Below, piece after piece: positions 1 through 13,198 of a stretch of DNA of 64,000 nucleotides (position 1 is the stretch's first letter; every line of letters starts with the position of its first letter). This stretch comes from Toensbergia leucococca (taxonomy: Eukaryota): positions 1 to 64,000 of the forward strand of contig JALDZS010000086.1 of NCBI GenBank assembly GCA_022813965.1. Direction: 5' to 3'. The notes under the pieces were generated by a model. The model had not been told where the DNA came from. It ran no database searches and worked only from the letters and a program-made list of their open reading frames with translations. Both the position numbers and the translations under genes were made by a program.

Positions 1-1522
1 GAGGACGCCTTGGAAAGTATAAAGTCTATGAGAGAAAGCTTACATAAGTTGACCACCGTCCCACACAATCTCCCCGAAGGTACAGATTCCTTTTTACAAG
101 AACTTCCAGTGACTAAGGCTCAGAATTCATATACCAAAATTGAGAACGGCATTCTTGTCCCATTGACTGGTGGGCCACCGGTCCTACAACCGACCGACAA
201 GTTTTTCTTCAAATTCTTTCCTATCTCAACAGAGTTCACGAATAAGATCAACTGTGTACTCCTGGAACAGGCATTCTCAACATCAACAATAGTTTTCAAC
301 AAGAAGAAGAGCGCATGCCAAGCAATAGAGTACTATCTGACACTAGACCATGGGCGCGGATGGAAAGAGGTGAAAGGGGAAGATGACCCAATGCTGGTCT
401 ACTTGAAAAAACTGGAGGAAGCTTCGGCACTACTTGGCCGGAAGGTAGTTGCCAAATATCAGATTGATAAAGGGAGCCTAGCCCTCGGATTTTCTGTTTT
501 AGGCGAGACTGATCAGGTCTTTGATTTGGTCAACACTGATCCGGGTGCAAAGAAGATATACAATAAGCTGAGATATCTGTTTGCCGAAGCCCCTGATCAA
601 GTCGAATCTCAACCTCTGGACCGAGAGGATTTCGAACAAGCTGCCAAGATGCTAAAGCTACGGATCAAGATTGACACATGGACGAAAGGACTGAACGAAC
701 AATTGAGAGAAGACACCCGTAACAACCTTCGAGATCTATACTGTGAACGGCCCGCACAGCAGATTTGGATTTACATGAAGCGAATTCGATTCATGAAGAA
801 TGGAGGAACTTTTTTGGCACCAGGAAACAAGATTGTAGACTCCAATCTATCCGCGGAGCTACTTCCAGGCCCAGAAGATATCATTGCTCACAGTAAGCAA
901 GCACCACATCAAGTTCATCTAAAAGGAATCTAAAATTGCCGAAAAGTGGCACAGTTATTCGAACCTCCTCACCACTGCAGAATGATCTATTACGCTGCTG
1001 TGAACAGCGTGCACATGGCAAATCCCGACTTTGGCCTCGCAAAGGAGTTCACTCTAGACGGTGAAGGGGCGAAACGACTGGCACAGGAGAAGAGACTCGC
1101 GTTGGGCTACCAAGGCAGTGTATGCAACTGCGGTAAGCACTGAATTTTGCCTGCACCGACGAAAAACCAGAAAAGGAAGTCAAACTCACTTCACTTGAGG
1201 TATCCCTCACATCGAGGAAGCTGCTCGTAATTATCGAGACGCCTATCAGACAAATAGCCCCCCCGATTTCGCGTCTCTGGGTCCTTTACTCCAACGAATA
1301 CTGACAAAAGACGAAGTGATTGAGATTATGACGAGGTTGGAAGTCGAGAAACTCTTCCGGGAGTCTTTGAGGCCTGAACTCCCCAATAATCCAATGGGAG
1401 ATTTGCTGGATGTGTTGTTTCAGGTTGTGTTTCCACCCTTTGCACTAGCAAGGAAACAGCCAGAATGTATTCAGCTGCGAGAACCGAAGCCAGAGCCAGA
1501 GTCAGGATGCGTGGTTATGTGA
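1..1522 (+). CDS. Hypothetical protein, probably 5'-truncated by the window edge, three exons visible, ends in a CaaX-like motif (CVVM*)
   Basis: ORF 10-933 joins ORF 946-1143 via intron 893-946 (GTAAGC..AAG). It joins the frame of ORF 1316-1522 via intron 1133-1199 (GTAAGC..GAG). Both splices keep frame. No family recognised. Confidence 0.6.
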
Positions 1523-2178
1523 CATGAGGTAAGTATTGCCTCGATAATCGATATCTAATGGTGAATGTCCATCCAGTGCATATTGTATGCTGCTTATTGA
1601 TTGTTAAGACTTTGTCATGTTTTCGGTTGCTTCTATTCTTGTTTAGGATATCATGATACGGATAAATACATGCGATAGATGAGATGGGGTAAATAGTGTC
1701 AAGATTTCACGGAGAGACAACATCTTGACATTGAAAGAGGGTTGACTCAGAGACAAAAAGTCTTCTTACTTCTAGCAACAGCAACCATCAGATCTTTAAT
1801 CCGAGACCTGTTCCACCAATCACCATCACTCACCTCTAACCAAAGACTATCATTCCCCAGCGCAACTCAAACCCCACCCCTCACCCCCCACCCTCTCAAC
1901 TCCACACCCAAACCCCCCCCCCCCCCCGCCCCCGGCAAAACCACAGCACTTATACTCATCCCACCCCGCCCCCCACCTCACAGCCACCAACAAAAACCCC
2001 AATCTACACGGAAAACCCGTCTTTAATTCCGTCATTCGTTGTATATTTGAAGCGCGTGGGTCGAAGGGGGGGGAGTGCAATCTGGATATAACCTCAAGGA
2101 CCCATCCATCTCCTGGGCTGAAGCTAGAGCCGAAGCTTTTTGAAATTTAATCAAAAACTGGATCACTTTCCTCCGTGT

Positions 2179-2192
2179 AGAGAGAGAGAGAG
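2179..2192. repeat. (AG)n microsatellite in a low-complexity convergent intergenic region that also has a poly-C tract at ~1913-1928
   Basis: Direct sequence inspection. Confidence 0.8.
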
Positions 2193-2422
2193 ACAAAGGT
2201 GGAGAAGAAGAAAAATTCCCAAACCAGAATAGCGCAACAACCACAAACACCAAGACAACGAAACAACAAAACAAGCCCCCTCCACCACGTTCTCGCGATC
2301 CCAAATTCGTTCCGCTCGTGGAGAGCGAATATGGTGCGAGACTTAGACTTTGCTTGATTTGCATAAATTGCTGGTTTTAAACAGAGGGTTGTTTGGAGAA
2401 GGTGAAAGTGGGGGGGGGAGGG

Positions 2423-3927
2423 TTAATCTACAATCATTCCACGAGCCTCTCTCTTCTGCTGCCTCAGCTTCTCCCGCCTTTCAGCCATTTCCTTGCCCAT
2501 TCCCTCGTCCGTTGATTTAGACTTTTTTGCCTTGGATCCTTCATCCTGCTCACGGTCCCTTTTCAGTTTTCTAGACTTTTCTTTCTTCTCCTTGACCTCC
2601 TTCCCTATCCTAACATCCGCCAAACTAGCTTTCTTCACCTTTATCTCTTCGTCCTTCTCGCCCTCCCCTCTCTGTTTTCTCGGCTTCTCCTTCTTCTCCA
2701 CAGTCTCCTCCATTTCATCATCCGCCAGTCTGGCCTTCTTCGCCCTACCACCTTCCCCATCACCCTCGCCCTCTCTCTTCTGCTTCCTCGACTTTTCTTT
2801 CCTCTCTACGACCTCTTTCCCCACCCCCTCATCTGCCAACCTACTTTCCTTCACTTTACCGCCCTCTTCGTCCTCCCCCTCCCTCCCCTTCCTCTTCCTA
2901 CCCTTTTGACTCTTCATCTCAATCGCCATCCTAGCCTCTTCCTCCTTCTCAAGCACATCCTCCTCATCAACCCACAACTCATCAGCCAACCAGATCGGCA
3001 ACGCCATAGTGTTTGGGCCCTTAATATGTACGGACCGAATATTCCGCCAGCCCTTGGTTACAAATTTTTCAACCATGCCACTCACGACTGCTGCGACATT
3101 TTCAGCGACTTGTGAGGGCGAGAAGTTCGCTAGTCCGACGCGTACGGAGGTTGTGGCTGCAGGAGAGAGGTGAACTTGAGCACATGAGAGCGTGCGCTCG
3201 ATTTCCTTAGCGACTTGTAAGGGCGGAGCGATAGATTTTGACTCGGAGGATTTAGGAGCTGCTACGCGCTTTCCTGAAGCGTCTTTTTGCTTGTAGGGTT
3301 CCAGGCTGATTGGTATCGGACGTTTGCTGCCGCCGTAGAAGATTTTACCGAGGAGTCTGGGAAGGAGAAGAATAACCCGGTCGTCAGCGAGGAAGACGTC
3401 ATGTTCGCTGAGTAGTTGGCGCCTGCTTTCGAAGCTCTTGTATCGGGCTTTGAGTTTGGAGATGCCGATGACGCGGGTGATGCGGGAGGAGAGGCTGGTG
3501 GGGAAGGAGGGGTGTGAAATGGTATCTTTGAAGGGTCTTTGCGGGTCAGGGGTAATAAGGCAGATTGTTACATTGGGAGATTGGTTGATTGAGTGTGGGA
3601 GCGGGATTTTCCCGGGCTTTAATCGCTTTTTGTCGATGATGTGCTTTTTCGTGGTCAGAATGAGCCAGAGTGGCTCGGTATTTGTGGACGTAGCATCATC
3701 GGAGCTGTCGTCATTGGATGCTAGTAGATTTTGGGTGGAGGAGGTGGCTTCTTTGCTTTTGGCCAAGGTTTTGATATGGTTAAGGAGGGCGGAGGAGGCT
3801 TTGAGTGTCTGAGTAGGTTAGCTACGGAAGGGGAAAGTGATGAGGGTTTGAATACTTGACTTTGATCCAGCTGATAGGGTGAGTCAGAAGTCGTTTTGGT
3901 CTTAAGGATAGTTGATTCTGGGGCCAT
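2423..3927 (-). CDS. CIC1: Ribosomal protein L1 domain-containing nucleolar protein (RSL1D1/Cic1/Utp30 family)
   Basis: Motifs PLWLILTTKKH, ICLITPDPQR, RLLGKIFY, WRNIRSVHIKGPNTMALPIW and a charged C-tail. Exon 1 is 3856-3927; the 47-nt intron 3809-3855 (GTATT..GCTAAC..CAG) restores frame. Confidence 0.85.
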
Positions 3928-4713
3928 TGTGTCTTATGCTTGATCATTCCCACAATTGAAACCCACAGCGATATCCGTAGATAGTTTCTGATAGTCGCTT
4001 AGAATATTTGAGCTATTACGTAATTGACACTTAGGGTTTTGGCTTCTATAACCTTAATCAAACCACCTCCCGAGCTCGACGCCAACATTTGGACCCCTGA
4101 ATGCTCTGGAAAAGAAGAACAAGCAGCCTTTGACACAGGTGGATGTTTATATGGTTGCCTGGGATTGAGAGTATGGCACGTTGCACTAATTCAGCTAACG
4201 AGATTCAAACAACACATTCTTTCAACGTTCCAAATACAGACATATCTCGTTCAAAAATCACAAAACGACTGGTTGATCGAATCCATCAATCCAAGGTTGG
4301 TTGAGTGCGCTGGACCTAAATTGGACTTTAAAAGACAAGAAACGCTACCTCTAGTCCAGTCTCGACGACCTGAGCTGAGACAACCCTGACTTACAAAATT
4401 GTCAAGTATCTTGGCATGTAAAAGGCATACCAGAAAGTATACGTCACAGTTGGGCAGCTGCCTTCTCGATGATTCATGGTATTAATCATGCTATACTTAT
4501 TCTTCGATGAGGCCTCTCCATTTCTTCTAGTGTCTAAACGCTCAAACTTGTGGCTCTCACCAGGAACATGTCTTGAAAGTGGCTTGCGCTATTTCCAATG
4601 CCTTATAGTCTCTGTAACAACCTTCAGAGCTTAGTCGCAACCCCGACTGAAATTTGACACGGACTCAATGGCAAAAAAGAGCTGGCAAATGGGAGGTTCC
4701 GTACTAGAATATT

Positions 4714-5673
4714 TTACATAGTGGCCAACCTCGCATTGATTGTGTCTTTCGACCATATTCTATCCCTTCCTCCTCCTAAGCCTTGACTTTCTCTATTACT
4801 AGCTCTTTTCTCATACCACCGCATACTGTCCACTTGTTCTTTTGTTGGATTGCTTGCTCGATATGCTGCCTTCAATCTTTGCCATCCTGGTGTGCTACCT
4901 ACGTCTTCCGCACATCCATGTCCTTCGCCGTCAATACAAACAAAACCCTTTGTGGGATCTCTCCGGCCTACAAGCGTGATAGCGTGACACCAGCAGTCTC
5001 CAAAATCATACTCGTATTCCAGCGGCATCCCTTTGTACTGATGATTATCGAGCACATCATGAAGCCTTATCATTGAACTAGCCTTCTCTGGCGTGCGGGG
5101 ATGCTGTCGTGAGCCATTGTGTATGAAGTCTAGACCTTGGCCGGAAAATACTCCTTTTCCCCCATAAGGGTCCTTTTCGATGATACGGAAAAGATTTTTG
5201 CGAGGAAATCCTGATCGATCTGCCCCAGGGGTCAAGCTCCGGATCATGTTTGCTATCGCTTGATCATCGTCCACATCCTCCTCCTCTTCTACGTTGGGGT
5301 CCTTGACTTTAAAGTCATAGGTGTGTGTTGATGCCCAACCAAAAGCTAATTGAATAGCCTGGTGAAACCTCTCAAAGGTTGATGTTGCCGGACATGAGAG
5401 CGTGCGGAATATAGATGGACCCGTGATATTAGTGGGTTCAAGATGAACTTCGAGGACATAATTTTGGCGCTTGCACTCTTCCTTGTGGGTGGCCCAATCA
5501 CTACTTTGACAAGCAGGTCCTTACGACCTGATCAGCATCATGGGGAGCTTAAGGGATGAAGAAAGCGTTTTCCTACCACGATAACTACGACTCTTGCAGC
5601 GTGAACAGTGTTGAAGCTTTGTATCCGCATCCTTTTCGGTCTTATGGCAGACGAAGCATTGGCGTGGCGTCAT
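4714..5673 (-). CDS. MYND-type zinc finger fused to a pRiA4b ORF-3-like (MM3350-like) domain
   Basis: N-terminal CFVC..CSRC..CQSSDWATHKEEC split by intron 5520-5576. Then RTLSCPATSTF..FHQAIQLAFGWASTHTYDF, YEYDFGDCWCHAI and CIDGEGHGCAEDVG, which are typical of the pRiA4b ORF3 family. Confidence 0.8.
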
Positions 5674-6461
5674 CTGAGACACTGTAAGATGTTTTGGTTG
5701 AGAGTCTTGTCTCCTTCAGTAGACGAGTACGTAGATAGCTGAATTGCTTCGCATAAACGACAGATAAATGACAGTTGCCTCTGGTCTCTGCGATACAAAA
5801 GGTAGAGAAGAACAAGAAGACTTAAACCAGCGGTGAACAAACAATAGAGCTAGGAAATCTGGCCAGGCACGCTATTCAAGCTATAAGGTTCCCGAAGCCG
5901 CTATTCTAGTGTACCACTTCCAATCTCTACGGGTAGATACGCTCGTCATGAGGTAGATTAGCATTGAGCATCCTGACCGAAGTCTGGAAGACGCTGCGGC
6001 TTCTTGATCATTGAATGAGTACTCAGAGCAACCAAACATTCCAATGGTGTTCCTCGGTATTCTGGCCAAGTGGAACATGATCATGATGAAATTGTCAATG
6101 ATTACGGGTAAAGTCTTGTGATTTGACTTATTAGCCCTAAGTGCGGGGTACGTGACTCGGTAGTGGAGCCAATGAATGGCTGGTCTCTTGGTCGCGATCA
6201 ACTACACGCCAATGACACCCCAGCGGCATTCCTGGGTGTTAATGGTCATCTTAGCCCAGACCGCGTCCGCGACCTCCTCCCAACCACTTTGATACTCCTC
6301 TCCTACCTTAGAGTCCTCTTGACAACTCTCCTACAACAAGTCAATTGATCATGCTTCTTAATAAATAATCAGCACGTGAGCATCACTCTCATGCAGTAAG
6401 CAGACAAAAGCCATTCCTTCCAAACTCTTACCTTAATCGGAGTCTGACGAGCCCGAAGAAC

Positions 6462-8066
6462 ATGGTTCCCTCTCCTATGAGGAAGAGGACTGAGGTCAGT
6501 CCCGTCGCCGGTGTAAAGCGTCCAGCACCATCGTTGCTCCCCGCTTTTGAGCCATTCTTGTCATCCCCAACTTTGCCCCGGCCTCCCAAGCGTCAGGCTC
6601 GCGTTCATCTTTCCAAGAATACCAGCGAGAAATGCAAGTACCCTACGCCGGTCCCCACATCTTCTACGGGTATTCTCTCATCATCCCCACCACAATTACC
6701 TTACACGCGTCACCCCGGTATTCATAGAACCCTCTCAACCTTTTCTGAGCGCGCTCCACTCTCCACCGTGCCTTCCGTAGAGCTGGAGGGGAACGGTGAG
6801 CCGACCCTTATGGGCAGATCCAGCAATTCTTCACATTACCAGCTATCTACCAATAAGTTCATATCACGGGTCCATGTCCGAGCTAGGTACGTGTCGGCTA
6901 TTCCACCAACTCCGGGAAAAGTAGAGGTGGAATGTGTGGGTTGGAATGGGGTGAAAGTACATTGCCAGGGAAGAGCGTGGGAACTGGGGAAAGGGGATAG
7001 TTTTGCTACCGAGACGGAGGATGCCGATATCATGATTGACGTACAAGATGCACGTCTTCTTGTCCAATGGCCGAGAATTGAGAACAGAGCTTCAACGTCA
7101 ACCGACTCGGAGTCGACATATGACGAGGGAAATCCATTGAGACATACTGTCTCCGTTCCTCGGCGTATGTCTCCCTTACGTAGCACTTTCCACCAACATG
7201 ACCGCCTACAATCACCAGTCTCTCCATCACCTGCTGTGCAGGCGGTGTTTGCTACTTCATCGACTTTTCTTGCATCGGATCCTCCAATTCCTTTCCCCGT
7301 ACAAGTCTATGAAGACCAGCAGTCAAGTGACGAGGAAAATCCTGCAGTAATTCCTTCAGAAGCAACGCAGTCGACTCAGCAGGCCTCACAGCCTTTTACT
7401 TCTGGCCTTCAAGAATCTCAATCCAGTATATTAAGTGATCCCCAAGACTACTCCGATCAGGATGAGGAGAACGACCCTGTTATACATTCGTTTGGCCCTT
7501 TTGGAGATAACCTACTACCACGTATGGTATCCTTCACTACTGGCGAGTCACCAGTAAACCATCGTCATCCTGACCCTCTCCGAGAGGCTACCGTGTCCCC
7601 TCAACGTCGGGCCAGCTCAGAGTCTACTCGAGATGATGAAACAAGTCCAGTAGTCAATCATGTTATCAACCAACTTGCCTATTCCCGTCTATCTTCGACA
7701 CCGCTGTCGATCATCATGAGCCATTTGCCAGCGGACCTGAAGACGGATAGCCCTGGATCCAAGGAAAATCGGCGATTAAGTTTGAACGCTTTGAGGAAAA
7801 TGCTCGATGCAACTCAATGCATCGGAGAGGTTCCTAGGGAGGGCAAAGACGCCGCAGGAAAGACGCTCGAGAGTGAATATTATTACATACCTGATAAGGA
7901 CTCTGATGAGAAGAGAAGAGATGCTGTAGTAGATGGATTGAGGAAGCCTGGTTTGAGGGCATGTAGGAAGCAGCACAAGGTAGGCAATGCGAAATCTAGC
8001 AAATGAAGTAATTCGGAACTGATGGCTGTCTAGCAATACTATTGGAGAAAGCCAAAGAGAGCTTGA
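6462..8066 (+). CDS. TOS4: FHA-domain transcriptional regulator, Tos4/Plm2-like
   Basis: FHA core GRSSNSSH..ISRVHVRA..CVGWNGVKVH. Conserved C-terminal GKDAAGKTLESEYYY..KPGLRACRKQHK, then an intron (~7980-8033) to QYYWRKPKRA*. Confidence 0.85.
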
Positions 8067-9346
8067 GTAAGTCGAGGTTAGGATTGAGTTAACCGAGTAC
8101 ATGTTCTATCTGATGTTTTCTTTACAATTGTCAGCAAAAATTGTGATTTCTGCGAAATACCATTCTGTTATTGTACATTTGCATAGCGGGGATTTAGTTT
8201 GGGTTACTGCTGCCTTTCATACAGATGTAAGGTTGGCACCATGAAATAATAAGTGTTTCTAAATACACATGACCTGCTAAAACGACATCAGTGTTTGAGC
8301 TATATCGACAAAAGTGGTCTGATCAGTAATAGCCGAGGAAGGCACAGGTTCAGTGAAAGAATCGAATCTAGTAGTCGTCACAGCTAATCTTTAACGAAAT
8401 CCCGCACGTCGACCAGCATACTATCGCTGCAAAAGCTAAATAAATCAGATGGTGCTGCTACACTGCCTCAAGTTCATAGGCAAATTCACGGAGGCTTTTG
8501 GGGGAGAAGACCGGTACGAGGAGGACGAGGCAACGAACCTACGAGGGTTTGATTTCGTATACGAGATGATACGGTCAGAACAAGCTGAAGGCTTTGTGGG
8601 ATCTGGCGGTTGAGTCTCAAGAACTGAAGCGGGAGGATGAAAATACGTAGGTACTTGTAGCCATTCGAGCAAGGTCATGTAAATTTCGAAAAGTATGTCA
8701 ATTATTGAGGGTAAATCGAGTTCAGGCTCTGTGAGATTTTTCAAATAAACTGGAAGAGGGGTAAGGCAATAGGTAGAATGGCTGTAAATGACTATCGAGC
8801 GCTGAACTTGTGAGATTTGAGAGTGACTTCAGTGTTTTTTGTGTCCATAGAAATTCTGTGCTTGCCTAGTGCGTGATGTTTTTCTATTGTCTTGCAATCC
8901 AAAACTACTCAGTCCATCATAGATCAGCAATTTGCTCTTGATTTTCATTACTTGAGTTCTGTGACAATGAGAACCCTGAGACATGAAGACTCGTACGGAT
9001 GCTCGTACTTGTGTATACAACATTCATGGAAAAGGACCGAGGGACAGTCGTCCACGGCACGTGATGAGATGATTAATCATTGAGGCACTGCGAGAGTGGC
9101 GCTGGTGGCGGCTGGCGGGGCGTTTGCAACGTTATTTATTCTAAATAAGCGCGGAGAAAAAGGATGCATCTCCGTTCGAGTCTACTCCGTACCGTCGGGG
9201 CTGTTTTCAATGTGACAATGACAAGCATGCATGAACAGATGGCGGGGAATTGACGATCGGCAGACACAGATGGGATTCTCTTACTCTTACTGGCTGATTT
9301 TAAGATACGGCCCGTATCCAATCTTTCCGAGGCACGGCGCCATTTG

Positions 9347-9443
9347 CGATAGGATGCGATAAGAAGATAAGCCTGCCTTAGGGCTGAGTGTCTGCGGTCT
9401 CGAACGACGTCGACCTGTCTTACCTGCTCGCTCACCTCCGCGG
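9347..9443 (+). promoter_or_regulatory. niaD promoter: clustered GATA (AreA/Nit2-type) sites and a NirA/Nit4-type CTCCGHGG site
   Basis: GATAGG at 9348, GATAAG at 9358 and 9366, CTCCGCGG at 9436-9443, about 240 bp upstream of the ATG. Confidence 0.7.
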
Positions 9444-9682
9444 ATTCGCCGTTTTCTTGCTGCTATTCTACGTGTCATTCTTCGACTCCTCGGTCGCTGC
9501 AATTTGCTGGCCTATCAATATGGCATGTCTTGTGCCTGCACTCGGTACCATGTCTCCATTCTTGACTCTCCAGGACATGGCTCATGGCCACCAGGCTGAA
9601 TTCATCCTGCGCTTGCTATTCGTGCCTTACTTAATATCAGAACCCTGCTCTCTAATTTGGTCCTTGGCTTTCATACGTGATA

Positions 9683-12514
9683 ATGGAAGACCCTCCGCTA
9701 ACAGACCCTCATTCAATTGAGATATTGAATAAACATGAACAATTACCGCCAACTCCCTCAGACACCGAAGATGACGCTTCAACTTCAGACCATGGTTCTG
9801 CCTGTGAAAAGGTCCACCTCCCATTACCTCCGCCTACCACCTTACCAACTGAGGTTCTTGCAGTAGACAAGAACACTCCAGACTCTCATGTACCGCGAGA
9901 TCCCCGCTTGATACGTCTGACTGGAGTACATCCTTTCAACGTCGAAGCCCCACTGTCTGCTCTCTTCAACGAGGGATTCTTGACAAGCCCTGAACTATTT
10001 TACGTCAGAAATCATGGCGCAGTGCCCCAAGTCAAAGACCAAGATATACCAGACTGGGAATTTACTGTTGAGGGGTAAACTTTGGCTGTTCAAAGAGAGC
10101 TTCTCATGTTTCGTGTCTCTAATTTTGGCCCTAGATTGGTTGAAAATCCGCTTACCCTTACCCTTCGCCAACTTCTTTCCGATTACCAGCAAATCACCTG
10201 CCCCGTCACCTTAGTATGCGCAGGTAACAGACGCAAAGAGCAGAACCAGGTTAGGAAAAGTAAGGGATTCTCATGGGGAGCCGCAGGCGTTTCGACAGCG
10301 CTGTTCACTGGGGTTGTCATGGCAGACGTCCTCAAGAAAGCAAAGCCAAAAAGGGGAGCCAGATTCGTGTGCATGGAAGGTGCAGATAAACTTGTACGCA
10401 CATTTTTGATTTCGTTAACCTGATAAAGTTTTCATGGTACCGTTAGCTGATCACGGAGATGGGTAGCCTAATGGATATTACGGAACGTCAGTCAAGCTGA
10501 ACTGGGTCATGGATCCAAATCGTGGCATGATGCTTGCTCACAAGATGAATGGCGAAATGCTAAGACCTGACCACGGAAAGCCATTACGAGTGGTCATACC
10601 AGGGCAGATTGGCGGTAGAAGCGTAAAATGGCTCAAGAGGTTGATAGTTACAGCAAGTCCAAGCGATAATTGGTATCATATCTACGATAATCGAGTACTA
10701 CCTACCATGGTTAGTCCTGAAGAGTCTGCAAATAACTCCAAATGGTGGATGGATGATAGGTATGCGATTTATGATCTGAGCACAAATTCCGCAATTGCAT
10801 ATCCAGCCCACGAAGAGCAACTATGCTTGGTGAATGGACCAGAAAAATATCGAGCTAGAGGATATGCTTATGGCGGCGGCGGAAGGAGAGTAACGAGGGT
10901 CGAAGTCTCGATTGACAAAGGCCGATCATGGCGACTTGCTGAAATCGATTACGCAGAAGATAAGTATCGAGAAGTCGAGCGGGGAATGTTTGGAGGGCGC
11001 CTAGATATGTCTTGGCGAGAAAGTTCTTTCTGTTGGTGTTTTTGGTCGTTGGACTTGAAGGTTTCAGAACTTACGGATGCAAAGGACTTATTGGTCAGGG
11101 CGATGGATGAAAGCATGAACATTCAACCAAGAGATATGTATTGGAGTGTCCTCGGGATGATGAATAATCCTTGGTTCCGGATTACCATTAGTAAAGAAGG
11201 AGACTTTCTGAGATTCGAGCATCCTACGCAGCCAGCGCTTATACCAGGAGGTTGGATGGAGAGAGTGAAAAAGTCGGGAGGCAATCTAGCAAATGGATAC
11301 TGGGGAGAGAAGATTGAGGGCGAAGAAGGAAAAGAGTTGCGCATGGAGGAGGCGAAAGAAGTCTCAATGAAAAAACCAGAAGTCAGTCGAATTATCACCG
11401 TTGACGAGTTGAGGAAACATGATGGCGAAGAAGAACCTTGGTTTGTGGTGAACGGAGAGGTTTACAACGGATTATCATTTCTAAAGTCACATCCCGGGGG
11501 CGCACAAAGTATTCTTAGTGCGGCAGGCATGGACAGCAGTGATGAATTCATGGCCATCCGTATGTTACTTTCTTTCACAGTTCATCGACTGTTGGCCTGC
11601 TAATATGGTTGTGACCAGATTCCGAAACCGCAAAAGCCATGATGCCTGACTATCATATCGGCTCTCTCGATGAAGCTTCTAAGCTCACTCTAAGCGAAGG
11701 CGAAGTCCAAGCAGAAGTATCGAATGAGCCGCGTCCCGTTTTCCTTCAGCCTCGATCCTGGACTAAAGGGGTCCTCCATGCCAAGAAAATTGTATCTTCA
11801 GACACACGAATCTTCACATACAAGCTCGAGCACGATGATCAAATCCTAGGCTTACCCACTGGCCAGCATCTCATGGTGCGCTTACGGGATCCCGTCACTC
11901 GAAATGCCATCATCCGCTCATACACACCTATTTCCGAAACGTCGAAGAGAGGGTACGTTGATGTCCTCATAAAAGTCTATTTTGACCAAGGGGAGGTCAA
12001 AGGCGGCCAGATGACCAAAGCAATGGACGCCCTTCCTATTGGTCATGGTGTCGACTTCAAGGGCCCCATCGGTAAATTCGAATATCTGGGCGGTGGTAAT
12101 TGCGCTATCAATGGTAGCCGTCGAAAAGTCACACGATTTGTTATGATTTGCGCAGGTAGTGGCATAACCCCTATTTTCCAGGTCTTCCGTGCATTAATGC
12201 GCGACCCTAATGATGCCACGAAATGTACAGTGTTGAATGGAAACAGAATGGTCGAGGACATCCTCTGTAAAGAAGATTTGGACGCTCTGCTCAAGGGCAA
12301 CGAGGCCAGGGCGAAGGTGTTGTATACGCTTACGAAGGCGCCTGAAGGATGGCAGGGGCTCAGGGGTAGGATTAGTGGGGCTTTGATTAAGGAACACTGT
12401 GAAAAGGACAAGGAAACTATGGTCTTGATATGTGGGCCTGATGCATTAGAGAAGAGTATTCACATTGCATTGATCGAGCAAGGCTGGGGAGACGACCAAC
12501 TATTGTTCTTCTAG
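9683..12514 (+). CDS. niaD: Assimilatory nitrate reductase (NAD(P)H): Moco, cytochrome b5 and FAD domains
   Basis: LTGVHPFNVEAPL, FYVRNHGAVP, TLVCAGNRRKEQN, LGMMNNPWFR, b5 HPGG, RSYTPIS, CAGSGITP, LICGP. Introns 10075-10134, 10394-10466, 11560-11618. Confidence 0.97.
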
Positions 12515-12728
12515 GGTATGATATTGGTAAAAGGTGTTTGCATTCTATGGTACGGAGTACGATTGGGTCTCATGTACGGAGTAGCGAGGAACATGATCAC
12601 CAGATGAAATATGAATAATGTCGCCCCTTTTTGGGAATCGCAAGATTAATTACCTAGTCGAGGAGTCAGCTGCTTTCGGGCGGACATATTCTCCGCCACA
12701 AATATACATGCACTGTAATTTACCATTA

Positions 12729-12921
12729 GCGGAGATAAGGCTCGCAGCCACGAGCTTATCGGAACGACCAACCTTATCGTTACAGCATTACATCAACATG
12801 ACCATTCTTTTCACCGTGGAACAGTCGTCAGTCCTGAGCCTCTCTAGCTCAAGCACCGATCTGGTAGGCTCATGTGGCTGCAGGCACACCGCGATAAGCA
12901 TTTGCCATGCTTTCCCCGCGG
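12729..12921 (+). promoter_or_regulatory. niiA promoter: four HGATAR sites and a near-consensus NirA site
   Basis: GATAAG at 12734 and 12893, CTTATC at 12755 and 12773, CCCCGCGG at 12914-12921 (one mismatch to CTCCGHGG). Confidence 0.6.
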
Positions 12922-13198
12922 TAGATCGAGGAGACGGCCAGAATTGCGGAAGAGGCTTGCATTTGATGAGCTTTGTTCTGCCTGTTGGAATAATGTTCTT
13001 TTTCAAATTGCTGCATTACTCTATCCTAGCTGACAATCCCTCGATTGCGACTTGACTTCTCCATTTCAATCTCGAGCTCAAGTGTGACATGCTTTACGTG
13101 ACTCCTCTTTAGCAGCCTACTTTGGCATCGATTCTGTCCTAGAAGGCCACTCTCGATCTCTTTTCAGAAGCTTGGCATTGAGCTAAGTCAAGGTCATC

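Noticed and set aside
851..858. NirA-consensus matches away from the nitrate genes (also ~35111)
   Set aside because: Inside an ORF or lacking GATA clusters; an 8-mer is expected by chance in 64 kb
1742..2364. Short Pro/Gly-rich ORFs on both strands
   Set aside because: Low-complexity intergenic or UTR sequence with poly-C and AG repeats, non-ATG starts
9388..9720. Hydrophobic 110-aa ORF upstream of niaD as a remnant nitrate transporter
   Set aside because: GTG start, no NNP/MFS motifs, and it overlaps the promoter elements
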